From assembly GCA_950097015.1 (NCBI GenBank), contig CATNEN010000001.1, positions 23,064,001 through 23,128,000 of the forward strand: DNA of 64,000 nucleotides. Direction: 5' to 3'. Origin of the DNA: Macrostomum hystrix (taxonomy: Eukaryota > Animalia > Platyhelminthes). The position numbers were made by a program, and so were the translations under genes. Shown piece by piece: positions 51,291 through 64,000 of this stretch. Below the pieces are notes generated by a model. The model did not search any database, was not told the origin of the DNA, and saw only the letters and a program-made list of their open reading frames with translations. Positions within the stretch are counted from its first letter, which is position 1. The number at the start of each line of letters is the position of its first letter.

Positions 51291-52560
51291 AGCTGCGATT
51301 CTAGCTGCGTTTCTTTGGGGCGATTCTAGCTGCGCTTCTTGGGGCGATTCTAGCTGCGCTTCTTGGGGCGATTCTAGCTGCGATTCTTTGGGGCGATTCT
51401 AGCTGCGCTTCTTGGGGCGATTCTAGCTGCGCTTCTTGGGGCGATTCTAGTTGCGTTTCTTTGGGGCAATTCTAGCTGCGCTTCTTGGGGCGATTCTAGC
51501 TGCGCTTCTTGGGGCGATTCTAGCTGCGCTTCTTGGGGCGATTCTAGCTGCGCTTCTTGGGGCGATTCTAGCTGCGCTTCTTTGGGGCAATTCTAGCTGC
51601 GCTTCTTGGGGCGATTCTAGCTGCGCTTCTTGGGGCGATTCTAGCTGCGCTTCTTGGGGCGATTCTAGCTGCGCTTCTTGGGGCGATTCTAGCTGCGCTT
51701 CTTGGGGCGATTCTAGCTGCGCTTCTTGGGGCGATTCTAGCTGCGCTTCTTGGGGCGATTCTAGCTGCGCTTCTTGGGGCGATTCTAGCTGCGCTTCTTG
51801 GGGCGATTCTAGCTGCGCTTCTTGAGTCGATTCTAGCTGCGTTTCTTGGGGCGATTCTTGCTGCGTTTTCTTTTGCGATTCTAGCTGCGCTTCTTGGGGC
51901 GATTCTAGCTGCGCTTCTTGGGGCGATTCTTGCTGCGTTTCTTTGGGGCGATTCTAGCTGCGCTTCTTTGGGCGATTCTAGCTGCGCTTCTTGGGGCGAT
52001 TCTAGCTGCGCATCTTGGGGCGATTATAGCTGCGCTTCTTGGGGCGATTCTAGCTGCGCTTCTTGGGGCGATTCTAGCTGCGCTTCTTGGGGCGATTCTA
52101 GCTGCGCTTCTTGGGGCGATTCTAGCTGCGCTTCTTGGGGCGATTCTAGCTGCGCTTCTTGGGGCGATTCTAGCTGCGCTTCTTGAGTCGATTCTAGCTG
52201 CGTTTCTTGGGGCGATTCTTGCTGCGTTTTCTTTTGCGATTCTAGCTGCGCTTCTTGGGGCGATTCTAGCTGCGCTTCTTGGGGCGATTCTTGCTGCGTT
52301 TCTTGGGGCAATTTTAGCTGCACTTCTTTGGGCGATTCTAACTGCGCTTCTTGATTCGATTCTAGCTGCGCTTCTTGGGGCGATTCTAGCTGCGTTTCTT
52401 GGGGCAATTTTAGCTGCACTTCTTGGGGCGATTCTAGCTGCGTTTCTTGGGGCGATTCTTGCTGCGTTTTCTTTTGCGATTCTAGCTGCGCTTCTTGGGG
52501 CGATTCTAGCTGCGCTTCTTGGGGCGATTCTTGCTGCGTTTTCTTTTGCGATTCTAACTG
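51291..52560. repeat. 24-bp minisatellite (GCGATTCTAGCTGCGCTTCTTGGG)
   Basis: Tandem array. Confidence 0.95.
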
Positions 52561-53014
52561 TGTTTTAACATGCTAAGAAAAGCTGTTTAAGCGAACGAGC
52601 GATACGAACCTCAATGTGCATGAAAGCTGGAATTGTAAATATTGCAAAGTAGAGCCTAATTCTTTCCCTGACATCTGGCAGTTCATTTCGCTCTATAATT
52701 CATAATTCTTCACTTTCACTCTGTTTGCAGTCTTTCCATTCTACGCTCGTACAAGCGAATTTCAATTAGTTTCAAATACATTTTCAAAAGTAGTATTAGC
52801 ATCAGCAGCAGCTGATCATTTTGCTGAATGCCATGTACCAACATGCCAGACATTTCAGTACTAGTTTAATCGTCTCGCGTGAATCTTTCCAGGAATTCGG
52901 CCTGTTTAACAGATTAACTGCAGGACTTTCTCCCAGATCCATATGACACCCAATTAGTATCCTACCTGTAGCTTGGGTAGGTAACATCGGTACATTATAG
53001 TCACGATTCGGGTC

Positions 53015-54300
53015 TAGATTCTAGGTACGATTCTAGGTAGGATTCTAGGTAGGATTCTAGGTACGATTCTAGGTACGATTCTAGGTACGATTCTAGGTAC
53101 GATTCTAGGTACGATTCTAGATAGGATTCTAGGTACGATTCTAGATAGGATTCTAGGTACGATTCTAGGTACGATTCTAGGTACGATTCTAGATAGGATT
53201 CTAGGTACGATTCTAGATAGGATTCTAGGTACGTTTCTGGGTAGGATTCTAGGTACGATTCTAGGTAGGATTCTAGGTACGATTCTAGATAGGATTCTAG
53301 GTACAATTCTAGGTAGGATTCTAGGTACGATTCTAGGTAGGATTCTAGGTACGATTCTAGATAGGATTCTAGTCAGGATTCTAGGTAGGATTCTAGATAG
53401 GATTCTAAGTACGATTCTAGGTAGGATTCTAGGTACGATTCTAGATAGGATTCTAAGTACGATTCTAGGTACGATTCTAGGTACGATTCTAGGTACGATT
53501 CTAGGTACGATTCTAGGTAGGATTCTAGGTACGATTCTAGGTAGGATTCTAGGTACGATTCTAGATAGGATTCTAGGTAGGATTCTAGGTAGGATTCTAG
53601 ATAGGATTCTAGATAGGATTCTAGGTAGGATTCTAGGTAGGATTCTAGATAGGATTCTAAGTAGGATTCTAGGTAGGATTCTAGGTAGGATTCTAGGTAG
53701 GATTCTAGGTAGGATTCTAGATAGGATTCTAGGTTCAATTCTATATAGGATTCTAAGTACGATTCTAGATAGGATTCTAGGTAGGATTCTAGGTACGATT
53801 CTAGATAGGATTCTAGGTAGGATTCTAGGTAGGATTCTAGATAGGATTCTAGATAGGATTCTAGGTAGGATTCTAGGTAGGATTCTAGATAGGATTCTAA
53901 GTAGGATTCTAGGTAGGATTCTAGGTAGGATTCTAGGTAGGATTCTAGGTACGATTCTAGATAGGATTCTAGGTTCAATTCTAGATAGGATTCTAAGTAC
54001 GATTCTAGATAGGATTCTAGGTAGGATTCTAGATAGGATTCTAGGAACGATTCAAGATAGGATTCTAGGTACGATTCTAGGTAGGATTCTAGGTACGATT
54101 CTAGATAGGATTCTAGGTACGATTCTAGATAGGATTCTAGGTACGATTCTAGATAGGATTCTAGGTACGATTCTGGGTAGGATTCTAGGTAGGATTCTAG
54201 ATAGGATTCTAGGTACGATTCTAGATAGGATTCTAGTTACGATTCTGCGTACGATTTTAGTTATGATTCTTGGTACGATTCTAGGTACGATTCCTGATAC
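53015..54300. repeat. 12-bp minisatellite (GATTCTAGGTAC / GATTCTAGATAG)
   Basis: ~100 units. Confidence 0.95.
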
Positions 54301-54854
54301 GATTCCAGTTATGTTTCCATTTGCGATTCCAAAAAAGATTCGATGTAAGATTCGTGCTGCGATTCTGGCTTCGAGTTTTGCTACGATTCCAGCAATAATA
54401 GCTATTGAAGTACCAGCAGAAGCAGCAGCAGCAGCAGCAGCAGCAACAGCAACATTCGTCGTCAGCCCCTAGAAGTTCCAAAATAGAGTTTAATCGTTTA
54501 TCGCAAATTGTTGCTGGGATTTCGCCGTGGAACAGATCAGCCGGACAAATTCCAATCCCTGTTGCCCAATTAGTAGGCAGAGAAAGAGCGACTGCAAGAC
54601 ATTGCAGATTTAAGGGTCGAAAAAAAGTAATTCGATATCTTCAGGGTATAATCCTGGCCTGCCTGTCAGTTTTCACTGTCCCTGTGTCACTGGCAGCATG
54701 AAATCTATGCGCACGGCAGAGTCCGTCAGGGTCGGCTCAAGATCTCATTTCTGCTTGCAGAGAAATATAGCTCTAGTAATTGTATCAGGCAGAAATACTG
54801 GCCACTGATCCAGCTCTGGATGTCCATACTGACATTTTCATTTCGCTTGAACTG

Positions 54855-55370
54855 CGATTCTAGCTAAAATATTTGTAGGATTCTAGCTGCGATTCTAGCT
54901 GCGATTCTAGCTGCGATTCTTGCTGCGATTCTTGCTGCGATTCTAACTGCGATTTCTGCTTCGACTTTAACTGCGATTATCGCTACGATTCTTGCTATTC
55001 TCGCTGCGATCTTGCTGCGATTCTTGCTGCGATTCTTGCTGCGATTCTTGCTACGATTCTTGCTACGATTCTTGCTGTGATTCTTGCTGCGATTCTTGCT
55101 ACGATTCGTGCTACGATTCCTGCTACGATTCTTGCTGCGATTCTTGCTGCGATTCTTGCTATGATTCTTGCTAAAATTTTTGCTGCGATTCTTGCTACGA
55201 TTTTTGCTACGATTCTTGCTACGATTCTTGCTGCGATTCTTGCTGCGATTCTTGCTACGATTTTTGCTACGATTCTAGCTATGATTCTTGCTACGATTCT
55301 TGCTGCGATTCTGCTGCGATTCTTGCTGCGATTCTTGCCGCGATTCTTGCTGAGATTCTTGCTGTGATTT
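54855..55370. repeat. 12-bp minisatellite (GATTCTTGCTGC)
   Basis: Tandem array. Confidence 0.92.
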
Positions 55371-55954
55371 TTTTGCGATGCTTGCAAAAAATGAATTGAA
55401 TTGAATTTGAATTGAATTTAATTCAATTAGCGATATGAATTTTCTGTAACATAGTGTTCTTGAATTAAAAGGAAAATTTTTTGCATTGCCTTGTTTCAAA
55501 TTCTTGGACGATGCAGCTTTTGAAGCACAATGATCAGCATAACTTAACATACATAAATATATGTCCTAAATTTTGGTAAAGGAATTTTAACATAAAAGCG
55601 CGAACACACAAATGACCCATAGTTTGTAGTCGTTTCTGACAGCGAAAGTGGGCCATTTCGGCACTTTAGGAAGGAACCAAAAGTTTCTGTTCCAAGCCTT
55701 TTTCATCTCTGGTTGTCCCTGCTTTTCACTTTCTGTCTCCTAGAAGGCGGAACAAGTATTTGCTTTCTTCTTGGCAGAAATTTAGCTTTCGTCCCGACTG
55801 GCTGTCACTCGATGCCTCCTGGCCATTGCGGCCTCGTTGCTTTCAGCCGATTCAGAGAATTTCAAGTTGTCTTTGAATGCAGAAAGTAACTTGCGCTGCT
55901 TTTAGTGAGATTTCAGTGTTGTAAGTTCTGTTTGGCTTCTATACGATTTCATTA

Positions 55955-56225
55955 ACGATACTAGCTGCGATTCCTGCTGCGATTCCTGCTGCGATTCCTG
56001 CTGCGATTCCAGCTGCCATTCCAGCTGCGATTCCTGCTGCGATTCCTGCTACGATTCCAGCTACGACTCCAGCTACGATTCCAGCTTCGGTTCCAGCTGC
56101 GATTCCAGCTGCGATTCCAGCTGCGATTCCAACTGCGATTCCAGCTGCGATTCCAGCTGCGATTCCAACTGCGATTCCAGCTGTGATTCCAACTGCGATT
56201 CCAGCTGCGATTATAGCTACGATTT
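55955..56225. repeat. 12-bp minisatellite (GATTCCAGCTGC)
   Basis: Tandem array. Confidence 0.92.
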
Positions 56226-56354
56226 TCGCAACTTTTTTAGCGACCATTCTAGACGTGATTCTAGCTTGGATTCTTGTTATGAATATTGCTAGGATTAGAG
56301 ATTAAAATCTAGCTAAAAGATCCCAAAAAGTGACTGGGGTCGTAATAATCGTAA

Positions 56355-57408
56355 CAGGTAATAGAGACTGAGAATAGATCAGGTAATAGAGACTGAGAAT
56401 AGATCAGGTAGAGAGACTGAGAATAGATCAGGTAATAGAGACTGAGAATAGATCAGTTAGAGAGACTGAGAATAGATCAGTTAATAGAGACTGAGAATAG
56501 ATCAGTTAATAGAGACTGAGAATAGATCAGGTAATAGAGACTGAGAATAGATCAGGTAATAGAGACTGAGAATAGATCAGGTAGAGAGACTGAGAATAGA
56601 TCAGGTAATAGAGACTGAGAATAGATCAGGCAGAGAGACTGAGAATAGATCAGGTAATAGAGACTGAGAATAGATCAGGTAATAGAGACTGAGAATAGAT
56701 CAGGTAATAGAGACTGAGAATAGATCAGGTAATAGAGACTGAGAATAGATCAGGTAATAGAGACTGAGAATAGATCAGGTAATAGAGACTGAGAATAGAT
56801 CAGGTAGAGAGACTGAGAATAGATCAGGTAATAGAGACTGAGAATAGATCAGGTAGAGAGACTGAGAATAGATCAGGTAGAGAGACTGAGAATAGATCAG
56901 GTAGAGAGACTGAGAATAGATCAGGTAGAGAGACTGAGAATAGATCAGGTAATAGAGACTGAGAATAGATCAGGTAATAGAGACTGAGAATAGATCAGGT
57001 AGAGAGACTGAGAATAGATCAGGTAGAGAGACTGAGAATAGATCAGGTAAGAGAGACTGAGAATAGATCAGGTAATAGAGACTGAGAATAGATCAGGTAG
57101 AGAGACTGAGAATAGATCAGGTAATAGAGACTGAGAATAGATCAGATAGAGAGACTGAGAATAGATCAGGTAATAGAGACTGAGAATAGATCAGGTAGAG
57201 AGACTGAGAATAGATCAGGCAGAGAGACTGAGAATAGATCAGGCAGAGAGACTGAGAATAGATCAGGTAGAGAGACTGAGAATAGATCAGGCAGAGAGAC
57301 TGAGAATAGATCAGGTAGAGAGACTGAGAATAGATCAGGTAATAGAGACTGAGAATAGATCAGGTAGAGAGACTGAGAATAGATCAGGCAGAGAGACTGA
57401 GAATAGAT
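56355..57408. repeat. 24-25-bp minisatellite (AGGTAATAGAGACTGAGAATAGATC)
   Basis: ~43 units. Confidence 0.95.
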
Positions 57409-57927
57409 CGAGTGGAAACATAGATCAACAGTGAGACGGCCTGTAGAAGTCCTCGTATCCATAGTGACTTAATTTACCAAGATAGTATTAGCTGAAAGCA
57501 ACAGCAACAAGAAGTTGTTGTTTTCAACTGTAACGCCGTAGAAGATTGTCTGTTAGTGCTGTAGGAGTTAACTGTGATTGATGAGCACAATGGCCTTGCT
57601 GGTCGCGCATTTGTCATTCCATAATCCGTTTCTGCTCCAAATGCAACAAGCTTTGCCTGTGGGAAATCAAATTTTGCCAGTTTTTTTGTAGAGTGAAAGC
57701 GAAATCGAGCCAAGAATTGGGAGATAAGAAAATAGGGATTCGGTGATAAATGGCTGTCTTGGGCATCGTTCGTCATGCACTTTGTACAGTAGATGCCCTA
57801 CTTTCCATTGCTGGCGACGTGTTACATTTAGCCAAGGCAGTGAGCACGAAGCTTGAGCAGTACTGACACTAAGTACACGTCCACACCTTTTCATGACACT
57901 ACCATCCGGCCTTCTCATCCCACGCTA

Positions 57928-58915
57928 TCCTGTGGCGATTCTAGCTCCGTTTCCTATGGCGATTCCAGCTACGGTTCCTGGGACGATTCTTGCAGTGTTT
58001 CCTGTGGCGATACTAGCTCCGTTTCCTGTGGCGATTCTTGCTACATTTCTTGTGGCGATTCTTGCTACATTTCTTGTGGCGATTCTTGCTACGTTTCCTC
58101 TGGGGATCCCAGCTGTGTTTCCTGTGGCGATTCTAGCTGCATTTGTTGTGGCGATTCCAGCTACATTTCCTGTGGTGATTCTTGCTGTGTTTCCTGTGGC
58201 GATTCTATAGCTGCATTTGTTGTGGTGATTCCAGCTACATTTCCTGTGGCGATTCCAGGTACGTTTGCTGGGGCGATTCTAGCTACGCTTCGCGGGGGGA
58301 TTCTCGCTGCGTTTCCTGTGGCGATTCTAGCTGCATTGGTTGTGGCGATTCCAGGTACGGTTCCTGAGACGATTCTCGCTGCGTTTTCTGTGGCAATTCA
58401 AGCTCCGATTCCTTTGGCGATTCTAGCTGCGTTTCCGGGAGCGATTCTAGCTGCGTTTCATGACGCGATTCTAGCTGCATTTTTTGTGGTGATTCCAGCT
58501 ACATTTCGATTTGGCGATTCCAGATACGTTTCCTTGGACGATTCTAGCTGTGTTTCCTGTGGCGATTCTAGCTACGCATTGCGGGGGATTCTCGCTCCGT
58601 TTCCTTTGGCGATTCTAGCTGCATTTGTTGTGGCGATTCCAGCTCCGTTTCCTGTGGCGATTCCAGCTGGGTTTCCTGTGGCGATTCTAGTTGCATTTGT
58701 TTTGGCGATTCCTGCTATATTTCCAGTGGCGATTCCAGCTACGGTTCCTGTGGCGATTCCAGCTAGGTTTCCTGTGGTGATTCTAGTTGCATTTGTTGTG
58801 GCCATTCCTGCTATATTTCCAGTGGCGATTCCAGCTACGGTTCCTGAGGCGATTCTGGCTTCGTTTCCTGTGGCGATTCTAGCTGCATTGGTTGTTGCGA
58901 TTCCTGCTACGTTTC
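57928..58915. repeat. Diverged 24-bp minisatellite (TGTGGCGATTCTAGCTGCGTTTCC)
   Basis: Tandem array with heterogeneous units. Confidence 0.9.
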
Positions 58916-59645
58916 CAGATATGTTAGCCGTGCAAGAGGGATAGACTAATTTCTGTTTGCAGTGTTGTTCTATAGCCTACCTAAACTAAACTTGGCAGCT
59001 GTGGATTTGGTTTTATGAGGCTGACACCTCAGAGACCCTTGGCTGCTGCGGCAGTTATTGTTGATTTTTTATTGCTCCCGTAGAGAAAGGATGAAAAGTC
59101 CAAAGTCGAACATCTGCCTCACATTCCCTCTCCATCGCACTATCAAATCCCAAATCAAATCCCATAGGAACTGCCGCAAGCATTTCACTCTTTATGTTTA
59201 GCTGGGTAGAGAAATTTCTATAGACAAATTATTGACACTTTCAATCCAGCAGCGGATGCAATTAACTCTGATTAATTTAAGTTTCTTTTCCCGTTGTCAT
59301 TTAACATATCGGATGCAGTTTTGTTTTGACTTCTTAAACAAAGGCAACAGAACTAGCAGCTGGCATATTACCTACCGCTTTCAGCTTTTGGCGCCATAGT
59401 AACTATTTTAACTTGAAATGTGTAATGGGAACACTTGCTGCTGCTGCTGCTGCTGCTGCTACTGCTGAGCCAATCTTTCTTGACCAACGAGAATGTACTA
59501 TTAATCCATTCTGTTTCGTGTGTCGAGCATTTCTACAAACAACAGTGAATGGCCGGTGCACATTTTCAGCTAATGGGTCGAGAAATTTCGCTTTGTTATT
59601 AGTACAGGAGAATTAATTCGACTGAAAATATGTATACTGCCAGAA

Positions 59646-59930
59646 TGACAGAGCAGGGATAAGGGAGTGACAGAGCAGGGATAATGGAGTGACAGAGCAG
59701 GGGTAATGGAGTGACAGAGCAGGGGTAAGGAAGTGACAGAGTAAGGATAAGGGAGTGTCAGAGTAGCGATAAGGGAGTGACAGAGCAGGGATAAGGGAGT
59801 GTCAGAGTAGCGATAAGGGAGTGACAGAGCAGGGATAAGGGAGTGACAGAGTAGCGATAAGGGAGTGACAGAGCAGGGATAAGGGAGTGACAGAGCAGGG
59901 ATAAGGGAGTGACAGAGCAGGGATAAGGGA
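59646..59930. repeat. 22-bp minisatellite (GTGACAGAGCAGGGATAAGGGA)
   Basis: ~13 units; 2-3 units are also present at the start of the duplicate at 50641. Confidence 0.92.
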
Positions 59931-60566
59931 GCGGCACTATGACATAGGCGGCACTGGAGTGGCATGGCTGGGTGTGGGGGTGAAAAGTGGTTAACAAGGC
60001 TGCAGCTGTGGTGTCTGCTCCCATTGGGCAGCCATCATCAGCCAATGAGATTTCCTGGCCAAACTCTCGACAAGGACAGAGACAAATTGTGCTTCCATCG
60101 AGTTACCATTTATTTATAGGGATGAAAAGTTTCCCAACAGAGAAAGCATTCTATCTATTAGTTCTGTTATTGGCATTGTTAAAGGACGAAAACTTGTTGG
60201 TGAGTTCACTATTAGCATGATTTTAGGAGTTTAGTTTTAAATAAACACTCGTTTTACTGCTTTGATACATTGATATTTGCATTGATGCATTGATTGGTCA
60301 ATAAATTGATAGACAAGTTAACTTAAAATTAAAGATTAGATACAAAACTAGAATGATATATATATAGATGGATAATAAATTGATAGATTGATAGATTGGC
60401 AGATGCCCACTGACAATTTTTAATGCCCACATTTTTCTTCCAAAATATTCAACCAATCGCAGTGAAAATCCAGAAGGCGGTCCAGAATTTTCTACTCTAT
60501 CCGATGAAACCGACTTCCAGAATTACAAACGTCGAGATATTCAATGATTCTTATGCCGGCTGTTAG

Positions 60567-60916
60567 GGGGTTCGGTGGCAGAGCGGTCAACGCGTTTGCC
60601 TCTCGCACCGAGGTCCCTGAGCTCGATACCACGGCGAGGCCACATTCATTTGGGGCGCAGCCGCGGAGAGAGGGCTTGGGGGCTTGTCGTGCAATCTACG
60701 CCAACCTCCAGGGCACAGTGAGAGTGTACACTGCCTGACGATGAGAAAGTCAGGGCAGATGTACACACCTGTGTGAGCGGGTGCCTGCGTACGGGATCTG
60801 TGTGCGTGTGTGCTCAGGAGTCAGCGAAATGGGCAGAATTGCCTCCTCGCTGGCTGCGGGTCTAGTGTCACCAGATGATGTGCCATTGCCCGCAGCCCTC
60901 CTGCAATAATAATTAC
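60567..60916 (+). mobile_element. tRNA-derived SINE (family A), near full length
   Basis: GGTGGCAGAGCGGTCAACGCG head, B-box-like GCTCGATACC, full body and (AAT)n tail. Confidence 0.85.
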
Positions 60917-62089
60917 TATATTGTTCAATACTATGCAATTGAACCAATATGGATTCCCCGTAGACGTTTATACTAAGCAATGTTAGTTGTCCTTGCCATT
61001 CGGTTTGGGAGCTGTCGTGAAGTAAGTAGGCAGTGGATTGGAAGATCATTGATAGTTTGATCAGAGAGATTGATTCATTTAGGAGTCGATCATTCAGTCT
61101 ACTCTTCCTTGATTGCCGCCCGCCGCATCGTTGGGATAAAATCCCAATCCGGGGAGGGAAAGTCCGCCAAAATATCGCAACCCCCAAGAGGATCCCACTG
61201 CGCGGCTTGAAATCGAATTCAGCTCACGACAATTGGCCAATCCGCGTTACCTTTTCTTCTGAATCAGTCGGATTCCCAAGAACCGGCCGCCATAACTTTC
61301 AGAAAATTGCCCCATCTCCAGAATTGGGTGGGCGGCCGCAGGGGAAGCCTCTGGTTTGCCGCCTCTTATTCTCCGTAGCAATCCCGAGCTGTGGGGTGAG
61401 CCGTTTGATTCTGGCATCGGATGATTCAATAAGCCGGCCTTAAAGGACTGCAGTCAGCGTGTGCTCTCGGGCTGCTCAACTGCTCGGACAGAGAAGTTAG
61501 CGATAACGAGCCCCTGTACGTTCAGCAACTAAAAGTGCTCAAATAATCCACTTGGTTGAGCAGCCTTCTAGAGCCTTGTAGAAGTTTGTCAACCCGTGAA
61601 GAATTTTAAAATTTCTCTAAATTTGAATTCGTGCCAAATTTTGTTTAATTTGAGCAATGCAAAATAGTTCCTTTTCGCGATCCTGCTTCGATTCTCAATT
61701 CAGATCTAGTAGTGTCACGTGACTTTACAAAATCGGTGCAGTGTGCCCTCGCGCATTGTTAAACATTAATGGCCGCCACTCACTCTAAACACCCTGAAGT
61801 CAGAAAAAAGGCGAGCTGCTCCTCCTTTGGTGGGGCACCCTTTAATCTTCGCTTTGCCGTTTTCTCTACGAGGCGAAAAGGGTGAACAAAAAAGACACAA
61901 AGTGGTTTATAATTTCGAACTAAAAGAGTCGATGATGAACTATTCATGAGCACATATCGGCTGTGCCTGCAATTTGCTGGTTCAAATGCCGCCTAATTTC
62001 ATTCACCTGTTCAGCTTTGCGCTCGCCTTTTGATGAAAATTTACTTGCGAATTCAAAGGGGTTTCTGATGGCATGATTTTAAGGAGAAA

Positions 62090-64000
62090 GATTTAGTGAG
62101 AGATGAGAAATGATTTGCGGAAAGAAGGGTTTAGGTGAGAGAAGGGAGAATTTAGGTGACAGAATAGGAGATTTTAGGTGAGTAATGAAGAAACGAGTTT
62201 AGGTGAGAAATGTTGAGAGTTTAGATGACAGGATGGGTGAGTTTAGGTGACAGAATGGAAGAATTTAGGTGGCAGAATGGTAAAGTTTAGGTGACAGAAT
62301 GGTAAAGTTTAGGTGACAGGATGGGAGAGTTTAGATGACAGGATGGGAAAGTTTAGGAGACAGGATGGGAAAGTTTAGGTGACAGGATGGGAAAGTTTAG
62401 GTGACAGGATGGGAAAGTTTAGGTGACAGGATGGGAAAGTTTAGGTGACAGGATGGGAAAGTTTAGGTGACAGGATGGGAAAGTTTAGGTGACAGGATGG
62501 GAAAGTTTAGGTGGCAGGATGGGAGAGTTTAGGTGACAGGATGGGAGAGTTTAGGAGACAGGATGGGAGAGTTTAGGAGACAGGATGGGAGAGTTTAGGT
62601 GACAGGATGGGAGAGTTTAGGTGACAGAATGGGAGAGTTTAGGTGACAGGATGGGTGAGTTTAGGTGACAGAATGGGAGAGTTTAGGTGACAGGATGGGT
62701 GAGTTTAGGTGACAGGATGGGAGAGTTTAGGAGACAGGATGGGAGAGTTTAGGAGACAGGATGGGAGAGTTTAGGTGACAGGATGGGAGAGTTTAGGAGA
62801 CAGGATGGGAGAGTTTAGGTGACAGGATGGGAGAGTTTAGGTGACAGGATGGGAGAGTTTAGGAGACAGGATGGGAGAGTTTAGGTGACAGAATAGGAGA
62901 GTTTAGGTGACAGGATGGGAGAGTTTAGGAGACAGGATGGGAGAGTTTAGGTGACAGGATGGGAGAGTTTAGGAGACAGGATGGGAGAGTTTAGGAGACA
63001 GGATGGGAGAGTTTAGGTGACAGGATGGGAGAGTTTAGGTGACAGAATGGGAGAGTTTAGGTGACAGGATGGGTGAGTTTAGGTGACAGGATGGGTGAGT
63101 TTAGGTGACAGAATGGGAGAGTTTAGGTGACAGGATGGGTGAGTTTAGGTGACAGGATGGGAGAGTTTAGGAGACAGGATGGGAGAGTTTAGGTGACAGG
63201 ATGGGAGAGTTTAGGTGACAGGATGGGAGAGTTTAGGAGACAGGATGGGAGAGTTTAGGAGACAGGATGGGAGAGTATAGGAGACAGGATGGGAGAGTTT
63301 AGGAGACAGGATGGGAGAGTTTAGGTGACAGGATGGGAGAGTTTAGGAGACAGGATGGGAGAGTTTAGGTGACAGGATGGGAGAGTTTAGGTGACAGAAT
63401 GGGAGAGTTTAGGTGACAGAATGGGTGAGTTTAGGTGACAGGATGGGAGAGTTTAGGTGACAGGATGGGAGAGTTTAGGTGACAGAATGGGAGAGTTTAG
63501 GTGACAGGATGGGTGAGTTTAGGTGACAGAATGGGAGAGTTTAGGTGACAGAATAGGAGAGTTTAGGTGACAGGATGGGAGAGTTTAGGTGACAGAATAG
63601 GAGAGTTTAGGTGACAGGATGGGAGAGTTTAGGTGACAGGATGGGAGAGTTTAGGAGAAAGGATGGGAGAGTTTAGGTGACAGGATGGGAGAGTTTAGGA
63701 GACAGGATGGGAGAGTTTAGGAGACAGGATGGGAGAGTTTAGGAGACAGGATGGGAGAGTTTAGGTGACAGGATGGGAGAGTTTAGGAGACAGGATGGGA
63801 GAGTTTAGGTGACAGGATGGGAGAGTTTAGGTGACAGGATGGGAGAGTTTAGGAGACAGGATGGGAGAGTTTAGGTGACAGAATAGGAGAGTTTAGGTGA
63901 CAGGATGGGAGAGTTTAGGAGACAGGATGGGAGAGTTTAGGTGACAGAATGGGAGAGTTTAGGTGACAGGATGGGAGAGTTTAGGAGACAGGATGGGAGA
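62090..64000. repeat. 22-bp minisatellite (GTTTAGGTGACAGGATGGGAGA), runs off the window end
   Basis: About 80 units, degenerate at the left edge. Confidence 0.97.

Noticed and set aside
51451-58944. Long ORFs such as (AILAALLG)n, (YLES)n, (IAAR)n, (IAAG)n and the 363-aa ORF at 57853
   Set aside because: Products of 12/24-bp minisatellites with frameshifting indels between units; no splice or start context.
60750-61443. 145-aa and 136-aa ORFs
   Set aside because: The minus-strand ORF runs into the SINE, and neither has a recognisable motif.
263-64000. CRISPR-like appearance of the regular repeats
   Set aside because: Units are contiguous with no unique spacers, there are no cas genes, and the DNA is eukaryotic.

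Overview
Eukaryotic (animal) genomic DNA with GC-rich exons, GTGAG donors and introns packed with private minisatellites. This style resembles the flatworm Macrostomum, which is an inference only. Four spliced genes can be reconstructed by hand with consistent intron phases. (1) The 3' ~1755 codons of EPG5 (+, 36-12966). (2) A TMEM97/sigma-2-receptor-like EXPERA gene (-, 20387-17259) whose first exon is interrupted by a 1257-bp non-autonomous hAT transposon with an 8-bp TSD. (3) A complete androglobin gene (ADGB; +, 21369-44945), divergently oriented from TMEM97, with RFX X-boxes, several candidate alternative ATG exons and alternative last exons. (4) A small death-domain-like gene (-, 49214-47308) with a 12-nt microexon. 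The rest is tRNA-derived SINEs, more than 25 minisatellite arrays and a ~620-bp templated duplication. The most notable items are: a hAT insertion whose termini plus TSD create GT...AG ends so that splicing would keep the frame (introner-like); ~37 tandem copies of an ADGB exon/intron junction; five phase-2 alternative N-terminal exons of ADGB; an apparent Tyr at the globin distal E7 site; and a stop-free in-frame 1560-nt CxxC-repeat intron in EPG5. Gene identities rest on recalled similarity to human proteins, not on database searches.
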